Shown piece after piece: positions 55,238 to 64,000 of a DNA stretch of 64,000 nucleotides (its first letter is position 1; each line of letters starts with the position of its first letter). The notes beneath the pieces were generated by a model. It made no database searches and was not told the DNA's origin. It saw only the letters and a program-made list of their open reading frames with translations. The translations under genes and the position numbers were made by a program. This DNA comes from Bacillota bacterium (GTDB taxonomy: Bacteria > Bacillota > Clostridia > Acetivibrionales > DTU013): the NCBI GenBank assembly GCA_023411715.1, contig JAEYOM010000004.1:20351-84350 (forward strand), in the 5' to 3' direction.

Positions 55238-56398
55238 ATGAGAACAATAAAGCAAGTTTCGGATCTGACAGGTATCAGTGTACGCATGCTGCATTACTAT
55301 GACAACATTGGTTTATTAAAGCCTAGCGATGTCACAGACGCAGGTTACAGACTTTATAATGACAAAGCTCTTGAAACATTACAGCAAATACTATTTTACA
55401 AGGAGCTTGACATACCATTGAAAGAGGTTAGTGAACTCATGACCAATGCCTGCTTTGACAAAGCGCAGGTGCTGGAAAACCAAAAAAAGCTGTTGATACT
55501 GAAACGCAAAAGATTGACCGATTTGATAGAGCTTATAAATAGTACGCTAAAAGGAGAAAGCAAGATGAGTTTTAAGGAATTTGATATGAGTGAATATTTC
55601 AGTGCTCTGGAAGAATTAAAAATAGTACATAAGGATAGGATAATCAAAGCTTGCGGCAGTATGGAAAAATTTAATGAACTTATTGAAGGATGTAAATCCA
55701 AAGAAGTTGAAATCGCCAAAATGGCCGTGATGCAATATGGAAGTATTGAAAAATATATTACAGCCATGAAGAAGAATTTTGACAGTGATATTTTTACTAT
55801 CGCAGAACAATATGATATGTTTAAAAAAGATTGCCTGGAAGATAAACATCCTGAATTGAAAGAATTGTTTAAAAAGCTTGTCTCCGACCTAAGCAAAGAT
55901 ACTGCTTCAGAGGAAATTCAACAAATTGCTGAAAGAATAACCGATACGGCCAAAAGGGATTACGAGTTATTTAGAACAGATGTGGAAGGTTATCACTGGT
56001 ATAGTATGGTGCGAGGTTATCTGTTGATTCCCGAATGGATAACTGCGGTTGACGCGAAGTATGGCGCCGGCGCATCCAAATTCATTGGCGAAGCTCTGAA
56101 AAATAATCTGGGAGATAGGAAGCCCAAGATAGAAACATTATATGAAAAGCTTGTATCCGACTTAACTATAGATCCTTCTGTAAATGAAATTCAGGAGATC
56201 GTCAATGAAATAGTATATGAGACCCAAAAACAGCACGAAGCTTTAAAAATCGATGAGGGAGAAAATTATTGGGGCTATACGGCAGAGCTATATTTGTCAA
56301 ATTCTATCTGGATAAAGGCAACTGATAATAAATATGGTAATGGTGCGGCTGAATTTATTGGTAAAGCTTTAAAGTTTTATTCTGAAAAAAGTAAGTAA
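55238..56398 (+). CDS. MerR-family regulator with two TipAS-like C-terminal effector domains
   Basis: HTH MRTIKQVSDLTGISVRMLHYYDNIGLLKPS. The C-terminal halves are internally duplicated (ELFKKLVSDLSKD...KYGAGASKFIGEALK versus TLYEKLVSDLTID...KYGNGAAEFIGKALK). Confidence 0.75.
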   Translation: MRTIKQVSDLTGISVRMLHYYDNIGLLKPSDVTDAGYRLYNDKALETLQQILFYKELDIPLKEVSELMTNACFDKAQVLENQKKLLILKRKRLTDLIELINSTLKGESKMSFKEFDMSEYFSALEELKIVHKDRIIKACGSMEKFNELIEGCKSKEVEIAKMAVMQYGSIEKYITAMKKNFDSDIFTIAEQYDMFKKDCLEDKHPELKELFKKLVSDLSKDTASEEIQQIAERITDTAKRDYELFRTDVEGYHWYSMVRGYLLIPEWITAVDAKYGAGASKFIGEALKNNLGDRKPKIETLYEKLVSDLTIDPSVNEIQEIVNEIVYETQKQHEALKIDEGENYWGYTAELYLSNSIWIKATDNKYGNGAAEFIGKALKFYSEKSK

Positions 56399-56498
56399 CA
56401 AAATGCTCCCTCTATGTATAACGGTTATTGTTTCCGCTGTATGCCATAAAGGGAGCAAATTAATCTTTGAGCAGCTTTATAACAATGTAGAGACCGGC

Positions 56499-57095
56499 TT
56501 AATGGACAGTTCCGAACTTATTGAAGGGCCAGAACCTGAACACAGCTTTCCCTTCGATCTGTGAGCGGTCGATCAGCCCGAAGGTCCTGCTGTCCTTGCT
56601 GACCTCCCTGTTGTCGCCCAAGACCAAGTATTTGCCCACAGGTACATTTATGGGGAAGATGACTTCCCTGGGGTATGTAAGTCCTTTTACATATGGCTCA
56701 TCAAGCCTTTCACCGTTCCTGTAAACGCTTCCGTCGCGGATATCTATCTCATCGCCAGGTATTCCGATAACTCTCTTTACAAGGCGCACATTCGTCTTTT
56801 CCTCGACCGGCACGAAAACCTGGGATACGTCCTTCAGAAAGACTTTTACCCTATCTATGTAATTCATTGGATATTGGTCCTCAATAAAAACTATTATATC
56901 GCCCCTGGCAGGACTGCTGAACAAATATGTAATTTTTTCAATAAACAAGTGCTGGCCTTCCATCAGGGTATCCTGCATGGAAGTCTGTCTGACCTGTGTC
57001 GTCGCGAAAACTGTTGTATTGAGCAATGCGACCAGTATGAACGCAGCGGCAAACACAACGATCCATTCCCAGACTTCCCTTAAAAGTGTTTTCAT
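56499..57095 (-). CDS. lepB: Signal peptidase I (S26)
   Basis: Catalytic Ser box TSMQDTL, Lys box VKRVIGIPGD, and GDNREVSKDSR. Confidence 0.9.
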   Translation of the reverse strand: MKTLLREVWEWIVVFAAAFILVALLNTTVFATTQVRQTSMQDTLMEGQHLFIEKITYLFSSPARGDIIVFIEDQYPMNYIDRVKVFLKDVSQVFVPVEEKTNVRLVKRVIGIPGDEIDIRDGSVYRNGERLDEPYVKGLTYPREVIFPINVPVGKYLVLGDNREVSKDSRTFGLIDRSQIEGKAVFRFWPFNKFGTVH

Positions 57096-57234
57096 TTATG
57101 ATATTCACTCTTTTCCGCTAAGTAAAAATCTTCGGAGCATCAAGCACTTCAGATTTTTAAACAAGACTTCGCCATGTTTCATTAATAAAAAGGCAGGTCA
57201 CCTGTTTCCAAGGACCCGCCTTGATACTTTATGA

Positions 57235-57702
57235 TTATTTATCCGAATCGTCGCTGCTGTCTGCACATTCATTGCAGTCGCATGTCCATTCTATTTCTAT
57301 CTCCTTGTTGCAGTGAGGGCACAATACGGAATCCTTTTTCATGTATGCATCTTCAAGATTTACGGTTTCTCCGCAATGCGGGCAATCGAATTCGGCGTCT
57401 ATTTCTTCCTCTTCCTCGTCTTCTTCTTCATCATTGTCGTCCTCATCGCAGCATTCACCGTCACAGCATTCGTCTTCGTCATCGTAAATAAGGCTTTCGA
57501 TTTCGGACAGATCGTCATCTATCTCATCGATCTGTTCGGTGAGCTGTTCCTGAACTTCTTCAACGTCGTCTACAGCAAGCGCTACATCGTCCAGCACATC
57601 AATAATAGCTTTCAGCAGTTTGCCTTCGTTTGTGGCGTCGCTGATCTGCATCCCTTCAGCCAGCCCCTTCAGGTAGGACACTCTTTCCTTCAGATAATTC
57701 AT
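57235..57702 (-). CDS. Highly acidic zinc-ribbon protein (CD1247-N-domain-like), unknown function
   Basis: Start moved to MNYLKERVSYLKGLAEGM (57702, GGAGG). Poly-Asp/Glu linker. CPHCG...CPHC ribbon. Confidence 0.6.
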   Translation of the reverse strand: MNYLKERVSYLKGLAEGMQISDATNEGKLLKAIIDVLDDVALAVDDVEEVQEQLTEQIDEIDDDLSEIESLIYDDEDECCDGECCDEDDNDEEEDEEEEEIDAEFDCPHCGETVNLEDAYMKKDSVLCPHCNKEIEIEWTCDCNECADSSDDSDK

Positions 57703-57802
57703 AAAACCTCCGTTCCTTTGCAGTTTATGCAAAGTATGCTTATTTTCACACTTTTCAATACTATTCCCGCTGTTAAATCTGTTTATGCCCACGGGTCACA
57801 GT

Positions 57803-58360
57803 TTACGCTCTTTCAAGATATTCCCCGGTCCTGGTGTCTATCCTGATCCTATCACCCTGGTTCACAAAGAGCGGAACCTTGACTACAGCGCCTGTTTCAA
57901 GAGTCGCAGGCTTTGATGCGCCGGTGGCGGTATCACCCTTGAATCCGGGTTCGGTTTCAGTAATTTCCAGTTCGACGAATGTCGGAGGTTCGATACCGAA
58001 AACATTTCCCTTATAGGAAAGTATCTTTACGGTCATGTTTTCCTTGACGAACTTGAACGTATCACCGATGGTATCCTTACCTATCGGAAGCTGTTCGTAA
58101 GTCTCGGTATCCATGAAGTAGTAGAGGTCGCCGTCGTTGTAAAGGTACTGCATGTCCTTTCTTTCGATATGCGCCTGTTCCACTTTATCGGTCGGGTTGA
58201 ATGTTCTTTCAACCGTAGCACCGGTTATTATGTTTTTCATTTTCGTTCTTACAAAAGCAGCGCCCTTACCGGGCTTTACATGCTGAAACTCCACGACCTG
58301 AAATATCTGACCGTCCAGTTCGAACGTAACTCCGTTTCTGAAATCACCTGCTGTTATCAT
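57803..58360 (-). CDS. efp: Translation elongation factor P
   Basis: [43 protein letters not shown]. Confidence 0.95.
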   Translation of the reverse strand: MITAGDFRNGVTFELDGQIFQVVEFQHVKPGKGAAFVRTKMKNIITGATVERTFNPTDKVEQAHIERKDMQYLYNDGDLYYFMDTETYEQLPIGKDTIGDTFKFVKENMTVKILSYKGNVFGIEPPTFVELEITETEPGFKGDTATGASKPATLETGAVVKVPLFVNQGDRIRIDTRTGEYLERA

Positions 58361-58499
58361 CTGAATTCCCTCCACTTATATCAATCTGATTCTTTCGCTT
58401 ATTACCGCACGGATGCATGATCGGTTCCATTACAACGTTAGTAATATATCCTAGATAATATTAAATTAAAATAACATGTATTTCAAGAAAAATTTTCTT

Positions 58500-59579
58500 T
58501 TATAAAACAATCACTTCTTTGGTCGAAGCTGTCAATATACTGACATTATCAGCGCCGATGGCGACCATATCCTCGATCCTCACGCCGCCGAGGCCGGTCA
58601 CGTATATCCCGGGTTCAACGGTAACTATCATTCCTTCCTTCAGTACGAGATCTCCTCTCATTGAAAGCGTGGGATCCTCATGTATCTCCAGACCTACGCC
58701 ATGGCCCAGTCCATGTCCGAAATTGTCGCCGAAGCCCGCATCCGATATGAATTTCCTTACTACTGCATCCACTTCCCTGCCCGTCATACCGCTTCTAACC
58801 GTATCAAGTCCAAGCCGGTTCGCCTCAAGTACGATTTTGTATATCCTTGCAAGCTCAGGATCCGGCTTGCCCAGAAATACGGTCCTTGTCATATCCGAGC
58901 AGTAGCCCTTGTAAAGAGCTCCGAAATCTAATGTTATGATATCTCCGGCCTCGATTTTCTTTTCCGAAGCAACGCCGTGCGGCATCGAAGCCCTGAGGCC
59001 TGAAGCGATTATCGTGTCGAAGGACGGTCCGATGGCTCCCTCACGCCTCATTTCATGCTCCATTTCGGCAGCAAGTTCGATTTCGCTCACACCGGGCTTT
59101 ATATATTCGAGAATGTGTGAAAAAACATTGTCGGCTATTTTGACAGCCCGCCGTATAACATCTATCTCAGATTCATCCTTGACAATACGCAGTTCTTCAA
59201 GTACCCTGCCAAGAGGAAGAAACTCGGCAGCCTTCAGTTTTTCATGGTATTTGCTGTATTCGGCGTAGGTCACACGGCTGTCTTCGAAAGAAAGGCTCCT
59301 GATCCCGTCTTCTTCTATAAGGCGGTTCAGCTCGTCATATTGACCGCCCCTGTATTGAATGATCTCATAATCCGGCGCCTGGGACGCCGCCTGCTCGACA
59401 TATCTGAAATCCGTAAGCAGCGCCGCCCTGTTTTCGTCGATGAACAAAATTGCCGAAGTACCCGTAAATCCGGACATGTACATATAATTGACACGTTCAG
59501 TTATCATTACCCCATCGATATTGTTCTGTTTCATTTTCGCACGCAGTCCGGCAAGTCTGTTTTTAAATATATCCGGCAT
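58500..59579 (-). CDS. pepP: Xaa-Pro aminopeptidase (M24B)
   Basis: Start chosen at MPDIFKNRLAGLR (59579). Metal ligands in DFGALYKGYCSDMTRT and HGLGHGVGLEIHE. Confidence 0.9.
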   Translation of the reverse strand: MPDIFKNRLAGLRAKMKQNNIDGVMITERVNYMYMSGFTGTSAILFIDENRAALLTDFRYVEQAASQAPDYEIIQYRGGQYDELNRLIEEDGIRSLSFEDSRVTYAEYSKYHEKLKAAEFLPLGRVLEELRIVKDESEIDVIRRAVKIADNVFSHILEYIKPGVSEIELAAEMEHEMRREGAIGPSFDTIIASGLRASMPHGVASEKKIEAGDIITLDFGALYKGYCSDMTRTVFLGKPDPELARIYKIVLEANRLGLDTVRSGMTGREVDAVVRKFISDAGFGDNFGHGLGHGVGLEIHEDPTLSMRGDLVLKEGMIVTVEPGIYVTGLGGVRIEDMVAIGADNVSILTASTKEVIVL

Positions 59580-59632
59580 TTTCATTGCTCCTTTATATAT
59601 AAGATATTTTGTTAAAGCGTCTGAAATTCTTA

Positions 59633-60073
59633 TTACAGCAGGGACGCCGCCTTCAAAGCGATCATGTAACTGTCGGCTCCGAACCCGCAGATCTGCCCGA
59701 CGCATACAGGCGCGATCACCGACTTGCTTCTGAATTCCTCCCTGGCATGTATATTCGAAAGATGTATTTCTATGCATGGAATCTCGACAGCCTTTACGGC
59801 GTCGCGGATAGCTATGCTGTAATGCGTATAGGCGCCGGGGTTCATGATAATCACGTCATATTTGCCCCTGGCCTCATGCAATTTATCGATTATCTCACCT
59901 TCGTGGTTTGACTGGACAAAGTCGGCTTCCATCCCCAGTTTTTCCGCCTCTTTTGTTACAGCGGCGCCGATCTCCGCAAGGGTCACGCTTCCATAGATGT
60001 CCTTTTCCCTGACTCCGAGCAGGTTGAGATTAGGTCCGTTTATTACGATTATCCTTTTACTCATATTACTCAT
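59633..60073 (-). CDS. aroQ: Type II 3-dehydroquinate dehydratase
   Basis: [21 protein letters not shown]...[15 protein letters not shown]...[15 protein letters not shown]. Confidence 0.95.
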   Translation of the reverse strand: MSNMSKRIIVINGPNLNLLGVREKDIYGSVTLAEIGAAVTKEAEKLGMEADFVQSNHEGEIIDKLHEARGKYDVIIMNPGAYTHYSIAIRDAVKAVEIPCIEIHLSNIHAREEFRSKSVIAPVCVGQICGFGADSYMIALKAASLL

Positions 60074-60108
60074 ATTTCCCCTTTGCTAAAGCCTTTATCC
60101 GCGCACTG

Positions 60109-60378
60109 TCAAGGATTGTGCCTGGGATTCCTCTTTACGAGGACGGCTGCCTTTGTGATTGCTGCAATAACGTCGACTTCGAACTGCTGCCTCAGCGTAT
60201 CAATCTTCGAGTACAGCTCGCCCTTTTCAGTTACTATGTACTTGGGCGGCAGATCATTGAGGGCTATTGCAGCGATATCGAGCAGGCACTTGTCGCAGGT
60301 GCACACATTGATGTCCGAAAGGATTTCCTTCATCTGGTTGAATACGATCTCTTCCATATAATTTTTGATTTGCGGCAT
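60109..60378 (-). CDS. comFB: ComFB-family late-competence-type small protein
   Basis: 89 aa. NVCTCDKCLLDIAAIALNDLPPKY is ComFB-typical. Confidence 0.75.
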   Translation of the reverse strand: MPQIKNYMEEIVFNQMKEILSDINVCTCDKCLLDIAAIALNDLPPKYIVTEKGELYSKIDTLRQQFEVDVIAAITKAAVLVKRNPRHNP

Positions 60379-60415
60379 ATGATTTCCCCCTTAAATAATT
60401 TATTTGCTCTATGCT

Positions 60416-60510
60416 TAGGCATCGTTAAAAAATAACATCCGCTAATCATTTACGGGGAACTACACTAACCGCTCCATTCCCCGTATAAGAAGCGGAAGTA
60501 ATTTTTTAGC
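60416..60510. repeat. REP-B hairpin element, copy 2 (no insert)
   Basis: taggcatcgttaa...acatccgct...tacgggga actacactaaccgctccat tccccgta...agcggaagtaatttttta. Hairpin with T-runs on both strands. Confidence 0.9.
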
Positions 60511-60542
60511 CGAGCCTTAACAGAAATTGTGACTCCGCCGGT

Positions 60543-61364
60543 TCAACCGCCCATGTAAATCAAAAACAGATCCCAACCCCACATGATAGTAATGAAGGCT
60601 CCGATAACGATAAACGGCCCGAATGCGATAGTGTCCTTTCTCTTCTTCAAACCCGAAACCATCATCAAAAGCGAGAGGACGCCCCCCAGCACGACTGAAA
60701 GCAAAAGTGCCTCCATGCATAGTCTCCAGCCGAGAAAGAGCCCTATCGGGGCCATAAGCTTGACATCTCCCATACCGAGAGCGTCATCGGACCTGTATAT
60801 CAGCGAACCGAGTATCGCCACCAGCAGCAGGAAGCCTGATCCCGGCAGTATTCCTGCCAAAGGGGTCCACCATTTTTCATCCCCGAATATTTCAACCTGG
60901 GGATAGAAGCAATTATATGCGAAAAATGCCATTCCGCCAATCAGGCCGGCTATGACAAGCCCGTTCGGAATGATCCTGTGTTCTAAGTCGATAAAGAACA
61001 CCGCGATCAGTATAGTCATCAGATATGCATAAGCAAAAAATGATACCGAAAACCCGAACTTGTAAAACAGGGCTGTGAGAATAGCCGCCGTTAGAAGCTC
61101 AACAAGCGGATACCTCGGTGAAATACGCTCTCCGCAATGTCTGCAGTGGCCTTTGAGAATAGCGTAGCTGAAAACCGGGACGAGGTCTCTTGCAGTCAGG
61201 CGCTTTCCGCATTTTGTACATGAAGATGGCGGCGCGATTATCGATTTACCCTGAGGGACCCTGTAAATAAGAACATTTGCAAAAGAGCCGACAAACAGGC
61301 CCAGAACAAATATTGCCGCAAAAGCAAACGCCATAACTCCTCCTGACCTTTCATTGAAAATCAA
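60543..61364 (-). CDS. Prepilin peptidase (A24 family; PilD/ComC-like)
   Basis: Zn-finger CTKCGKRL...CRHCGERI and catalytic Asp region LGMGDVKLMAPIG. True start may be MAFAFAAIF at 61334. Confidence 0.9.
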   Translation of the reverse strand: MIFNERSGGVMAFAFAAIFVLGLFVGSFANVLIYRVPQGKSIIAPPSSCTKCGKRLTARDLVPVFSYAILKGHCRHCGERISPRYPLVELLTAAILTALFYKFGFSVSFFAYAYLMTILIAVFFIDLEHRIIPNGLVIAGLIGGMAFFAYNCFYPQVEIFGDEKWWTPLAGILPGSGFLLLVAILGSLIYRSDDALGMGDVKLMAPIGLFLGWRLCMEALLLSVVLGGVLSLLMMVSGLKKRKDTIAFGPFIVIGAFITIMWGWDLFLIYMGG

Positions 61365-61419
61365 TAGACCTCATGGTTTATTGTCCTATGATTATTCTCT
61401 GCTTTTGTCAGAAAATCCT

Positions 61420-62319
61420 TTATTCGGCCAAATATTTTACAAATTCCGATGAAAGGTCCCGAAGCTTAACATCCGGGATATCTATCCCCATCCATATCTC
61501 AAAAGCCCTTACACCCTGATAAAGCAGCATTCCAGCTCCATTTGCAACCCTGCAGCCCGCTTTTTTCGCCTGCGTCAGGAGCTTTGTCTCCGCAGGGTTA
61601 TAAATAACATCATAAACTATCTGTTCCCTCCGGAACTTGAAATCCTCCTTCAGAGGACTATTGTCCACCCTGGGGTACATACCGGCGGATGTAGTGTTGA
61701 TGATCACATCACACTCCTCGAGCGCAACTGCAGCTTCTTTGGAATCCAAAGCCATAGATTCCGTTATCTTGCCGAAGCCTTTAGCCTCAAGCACACGGTT
61801 TACATTGAGTGAAAGCTCCAGCGCTCTTTCAGGCGTACGGTTTATGACGGTTATTTTTTCAGCGCCCACCGTTGCTATCTTTGCTGTCAGCGCCCGCGCA
61901 GTGCCGCCGGCCCCGAGTATGCAGACAAGCTTGCCCTCGAAGCCGCCGCCCGTCTGCTCGCTGAACGCGCGTAAAAAACCGTCCCCGTCGGTATTATAGC
62001 CGTATAGCTTATCGTCGGAGAGCCTTATAGTATTCGCCGCGCCCAGTAATAAGACTTCCTCGTCTATTTCATCAAGAAATCGCAGAACTTCTTCCTTATA
62101 TGGTATCGTGACATTGAAACCGGCAAACCCCAAAGCTTTAAGACCGGATACGGCATCTTCCAGCTTTCCGCCGGGGACCTTTATCGGGATGTATATCCCG
62201 TCGATCCCCATCATGGAAAAAAGGCTGTTCTGCAGTACCGGTGAAACAGTATGCTCTATTGGATTTCCAATCAGCCCGGTCAGTTTTGTCTTTCCGCCGA
62301 CTCTTGTATCAAGCTGCAT
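61420..62319 (-). CDS. aroE: Shikimate dehydrogenase
   Basis: GLIGNPIEHTVSPVLQN...FNVTIPYKE...NTDGDGF...ILGAGGTARA. Confidence 0.95.
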   Translation of the reverse strand: MQLDTRVGGKTKLTGLIGNPIEHTVSPVLQNSLFSMMGIDGIYIPIKVPGGKLEDAVSGLKALGFAGFNVTIPYKEEVLRFLDEIDEEVLLLGAANTIRLSDDKLYGYNTDGDGFLRAFSEQTGGGFEGKLVCILGAGGTARALTAKIATVGAEKITVINRTPERALELSLNVNRVLEAKGFGKITESMALDSKEAAVALEECDVIINTTSAGMYPRVDNSPLKEDFKFRREQIVYDVIYNPAETKLLTQAKKAGCRVANGAGMLLYQGVRAFEIWMGIDIPDVKLRDLSSEFVKYLAE

Positions 62320-62335
62320 TGAATGCCCCGCCTTT

Positions 62336-62854
62336 TCAATGAATATCTTTCTTTTTCGACCATTCCGAATACCGTATCAGTACCCTTTTCTCAAATATGC
62401 GTTTGAACCTTACAAGCTTGCTTTCCCGCTTGTCGATGGGACGGACAAGTATGGTGAACATGCCTGCGCGGTTCCCCCCGTAGACATCTGTAAATATTTG
62501 GTCTCCGACCACGGCTATGTTTTCGTTTCCGATACCCATTATCCTGCCTGCTTTCAAAAAAGCCTGCGTACCCGGCTTCATCGCCCTGTGCACCGCATTG
62601 AGCTGCAGTCTGTCGTTGAATCTGACCACTCTTTTCTTCGAAGCGTTTGATACTATGCAAAGCTTGAAACCCGCAGCCTTCATCTTACCTATCCATTCGG
62701 CCGCGTTCTCGTCGGCATCGGCAACATGGTTCGGTACCAGCGTGTTGTCGATATCGAGTATCAACCCGAGGATCCTGTTCTTCTTCAGCAGTTCGGCGGT
62801 TATATCCCGGATGCCGTTGATATAGAGATCCGGGAAAAGTATTTCGGACATCAT
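62336..62854 (-). CDS. yqeG: YqeG-family HAD-IIIA phosphatase
   Basis: LGLILDIDNTLVP...IVSNAS...VVGDQIFTDVYGGNRAGM. Confidence 0.85.
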   Translation of the reverse strand: MMSEILFPDLYINGIRDITAELLKKNRILGLILDIDNTLVPNHVADADENAAEWIGKMKAAGFKLCIVSNASKKRVVRFNDRLQLNAVHRAMKPGTQAFLKAGRIMGIGNENIAVVGDQIFTDVYGGNRAGMFTILVRPIDKRESKLVRFKRIFEKRVLIRYSEWSKKKDIH

Positions 62855-63034
62855 TGCCTCCCGGTTTATATAAATTATTAGCTTTTCATTTATGTACAGA
62901 TGATATCGCGCTTTCTGTTATAACGCATCAGTTCACAGAAAATTTTTCGGCAACAGATTTCGCCAAGGCGAAATGTTTCATTAAAGTAGTATTTCTGCAA
63001 AGCAGAAATCCATTGTAGAAAAATTTTCTTACTC

Positions 63035-63075
63035 AGGATGCATGGGCGAGCAGATGACATAATCATCGACCAGCC
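63035..63075. repeat. REP-A hairpin element, solitary copy
   Basis: aggatgcatgggcgagcag-atgacataatcat-cgaccagcc. The flanks are conserved and the central stem is fully substituted with compensating bases. Confidence 0.85.
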
Positions 63076-63230
63076 TCTGCTGCGTTTCAACGTCGCTACC
63101 TCGTTATAATAACAAAAATATACCCGGCAGGCAACGGGCGAATTTGCTTTAAAGTATGGATTTTTTATAAAAAAAGTTGCATAATTAAAAAAAACATTTA
63201 TAAGGGTAATACGTTAGGAGGTTGCCGATA

Positions 63231-64000
63231 GTGACACAGAAAATAAGCATACACAAAACCAGGAACCCGAAAACAAAGCCTGATCAGAAAAACCTTGGAT
63301 TCGGGCAGCATTTCACGGATCATATGTTCATTATGGACTACAGCAGGGAAAAAGGCTGGTATGATCCGCGCATAGTTCCCTACGGACCTTTGGAACTCGA
63401 CCCTGCTACAATGGTATTCCATTACGGCCAGGCCATCTTTGAAGGCTTGAAGGCCTACAGGACCGAAGACGGACGCATCAACCTCTTCAGACCCGAAATG
63501 AACATGAAAAGGGTCAATAATTCAAATGAAAGGATGTCTATTCCTCAATTTGACGAAGCATTCGGAGTTGAAGCGATCAAAACGCTGGTAAGCATAGACC
63601 GCGACTGGATCCCGACCGAACCGGGCACATCGCTATATATCCGTCCATTCATAATTGCTACGGACCCGTTCCTTGGCGTAAGATCTTCGGATACTTATAA
63701 ATTTTTAATAATACTTTCCCCGAGCGGCGCTTATTACCCATCCGGAATAAATCCCGTCAGGATCATGATAGAAAATGAATATGTACGTGCGGTAAGAGGC
63801 GGCACCGGCTTTGCCAAAACTCCGGCCAATTACGCAATAAGCCTCAAAGCACAGGAGCTCGCTCACGATAAAGGCTACGTACAGGTCCTCTGGCTCGACG
63901 GCGTCGAAAGGAAATATATTGAAGAAGTCGGTTCCATGAACGTATTCTTCAAGATCGGCGACGAAGTCGTGACGCCGGAGCTCAATGGAAGCATACTCCC
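63231..64000 (+). CDS. ilvE: Branched-chain amino-acid aminotransferase (5' part; runs off the right edge)
   Basis: Own translation from GTG 63231 (AGGAGG 7 nt upstream): VTQKISIHKTRNPKTKPDQKNLGFGQHFTDHMFIMDY...MVFHYGQAIFEGLKAYR...GTGFAKTPANYA. Not in the ORF track because it has no stop inside the window. Confidence 0.9.
   Translation, partial: MTQKISIHKTRNPKTKPDQKNLGFGQHFTDHMFIMDYSREKGWYDPRIVPYGPLELDPATMVFHYGQAIFEGLKAYRTEDGRINLFRPEMNMKRVNNSNERMSIPQFDEAFGVEAIKTLVSIDRDWIPTEPGTSLYIRPFIIATDPFLGVRSSDTYKFLIILSPSGAYYPSGINPVRIMIENEYVRAVRGGTGFAKTPANYAISLKAQELAHDKGYVQVLWLDGVERKYIEEVGSMNVFFKIGDEVVTPELNGSIL

Noticed and set aside
62930-63030. CodY boxes upstream of ilvE (AGAAAATTTTTCGG, AGAAAAATTTTCTTA).
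   Set aside because: Each matches only about half of the AATTTTCWGAAAATT consensus. AT-rich spacers produce such partial matches readily.

Overview
The window looks like chromosomal DNA from an endospore-forming Firmicute of the Clostridia type. Evidence is Spo0A, SpoIVB, the full spoIIIAA-AH operon, cotJABC, a T-box leader and GGAGG ribosome-binding sites. Most of it is a dense, mostly minus-strand housekeeping block. Its order matches the Bacillus yqh/yqi region: spoIIIA operon, asp23/amaP cluster, nusB, xseA, xseB, ispA, dxs, tlyA, nadK, argR, recN, spoIVB, spo0A. Also present are efp, pepP, aroQ, comFB, prepilin peptidase, aroE, yqeG, ilvE, the division cluster (ylmE, sepF, ylmH, divIVA), ileS, aroB, a PAS-GGDEF-EAL protein, a LexA-controlled Y-family polymerase, an ECF sigma module, an ABC-2 transporter, and rpsO/pnp. 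Features the ORF track cannot show: (1) an ORF-free structured-RNA gene of about 640 nt between ispA and a 4-TM protein, which I call OLE RNA plus OapA from synteny and structure; (2) a 234-bp long-hairpin element between dxs and tlyA, with a duplicated copy of the dxs 3' end; (3) two families of dispersed hairpin repeats that show compensatory base changes, with one family found inserted inside the other; (4) several unrelated intergenic tandem repeats (19, 27, 32, 41 and 48 bp), mostly at gene 3' ends. Two visibly more AT-rich accessory patches (about 10.7-13.9 kb and 31.4-34.4 kb) carry decaying genes: an in-frame TGA, two frameshifts and an IS91 transposase stub. All calls come from reading the sequence and translations, with no database search, and the decisive checks are named per item.
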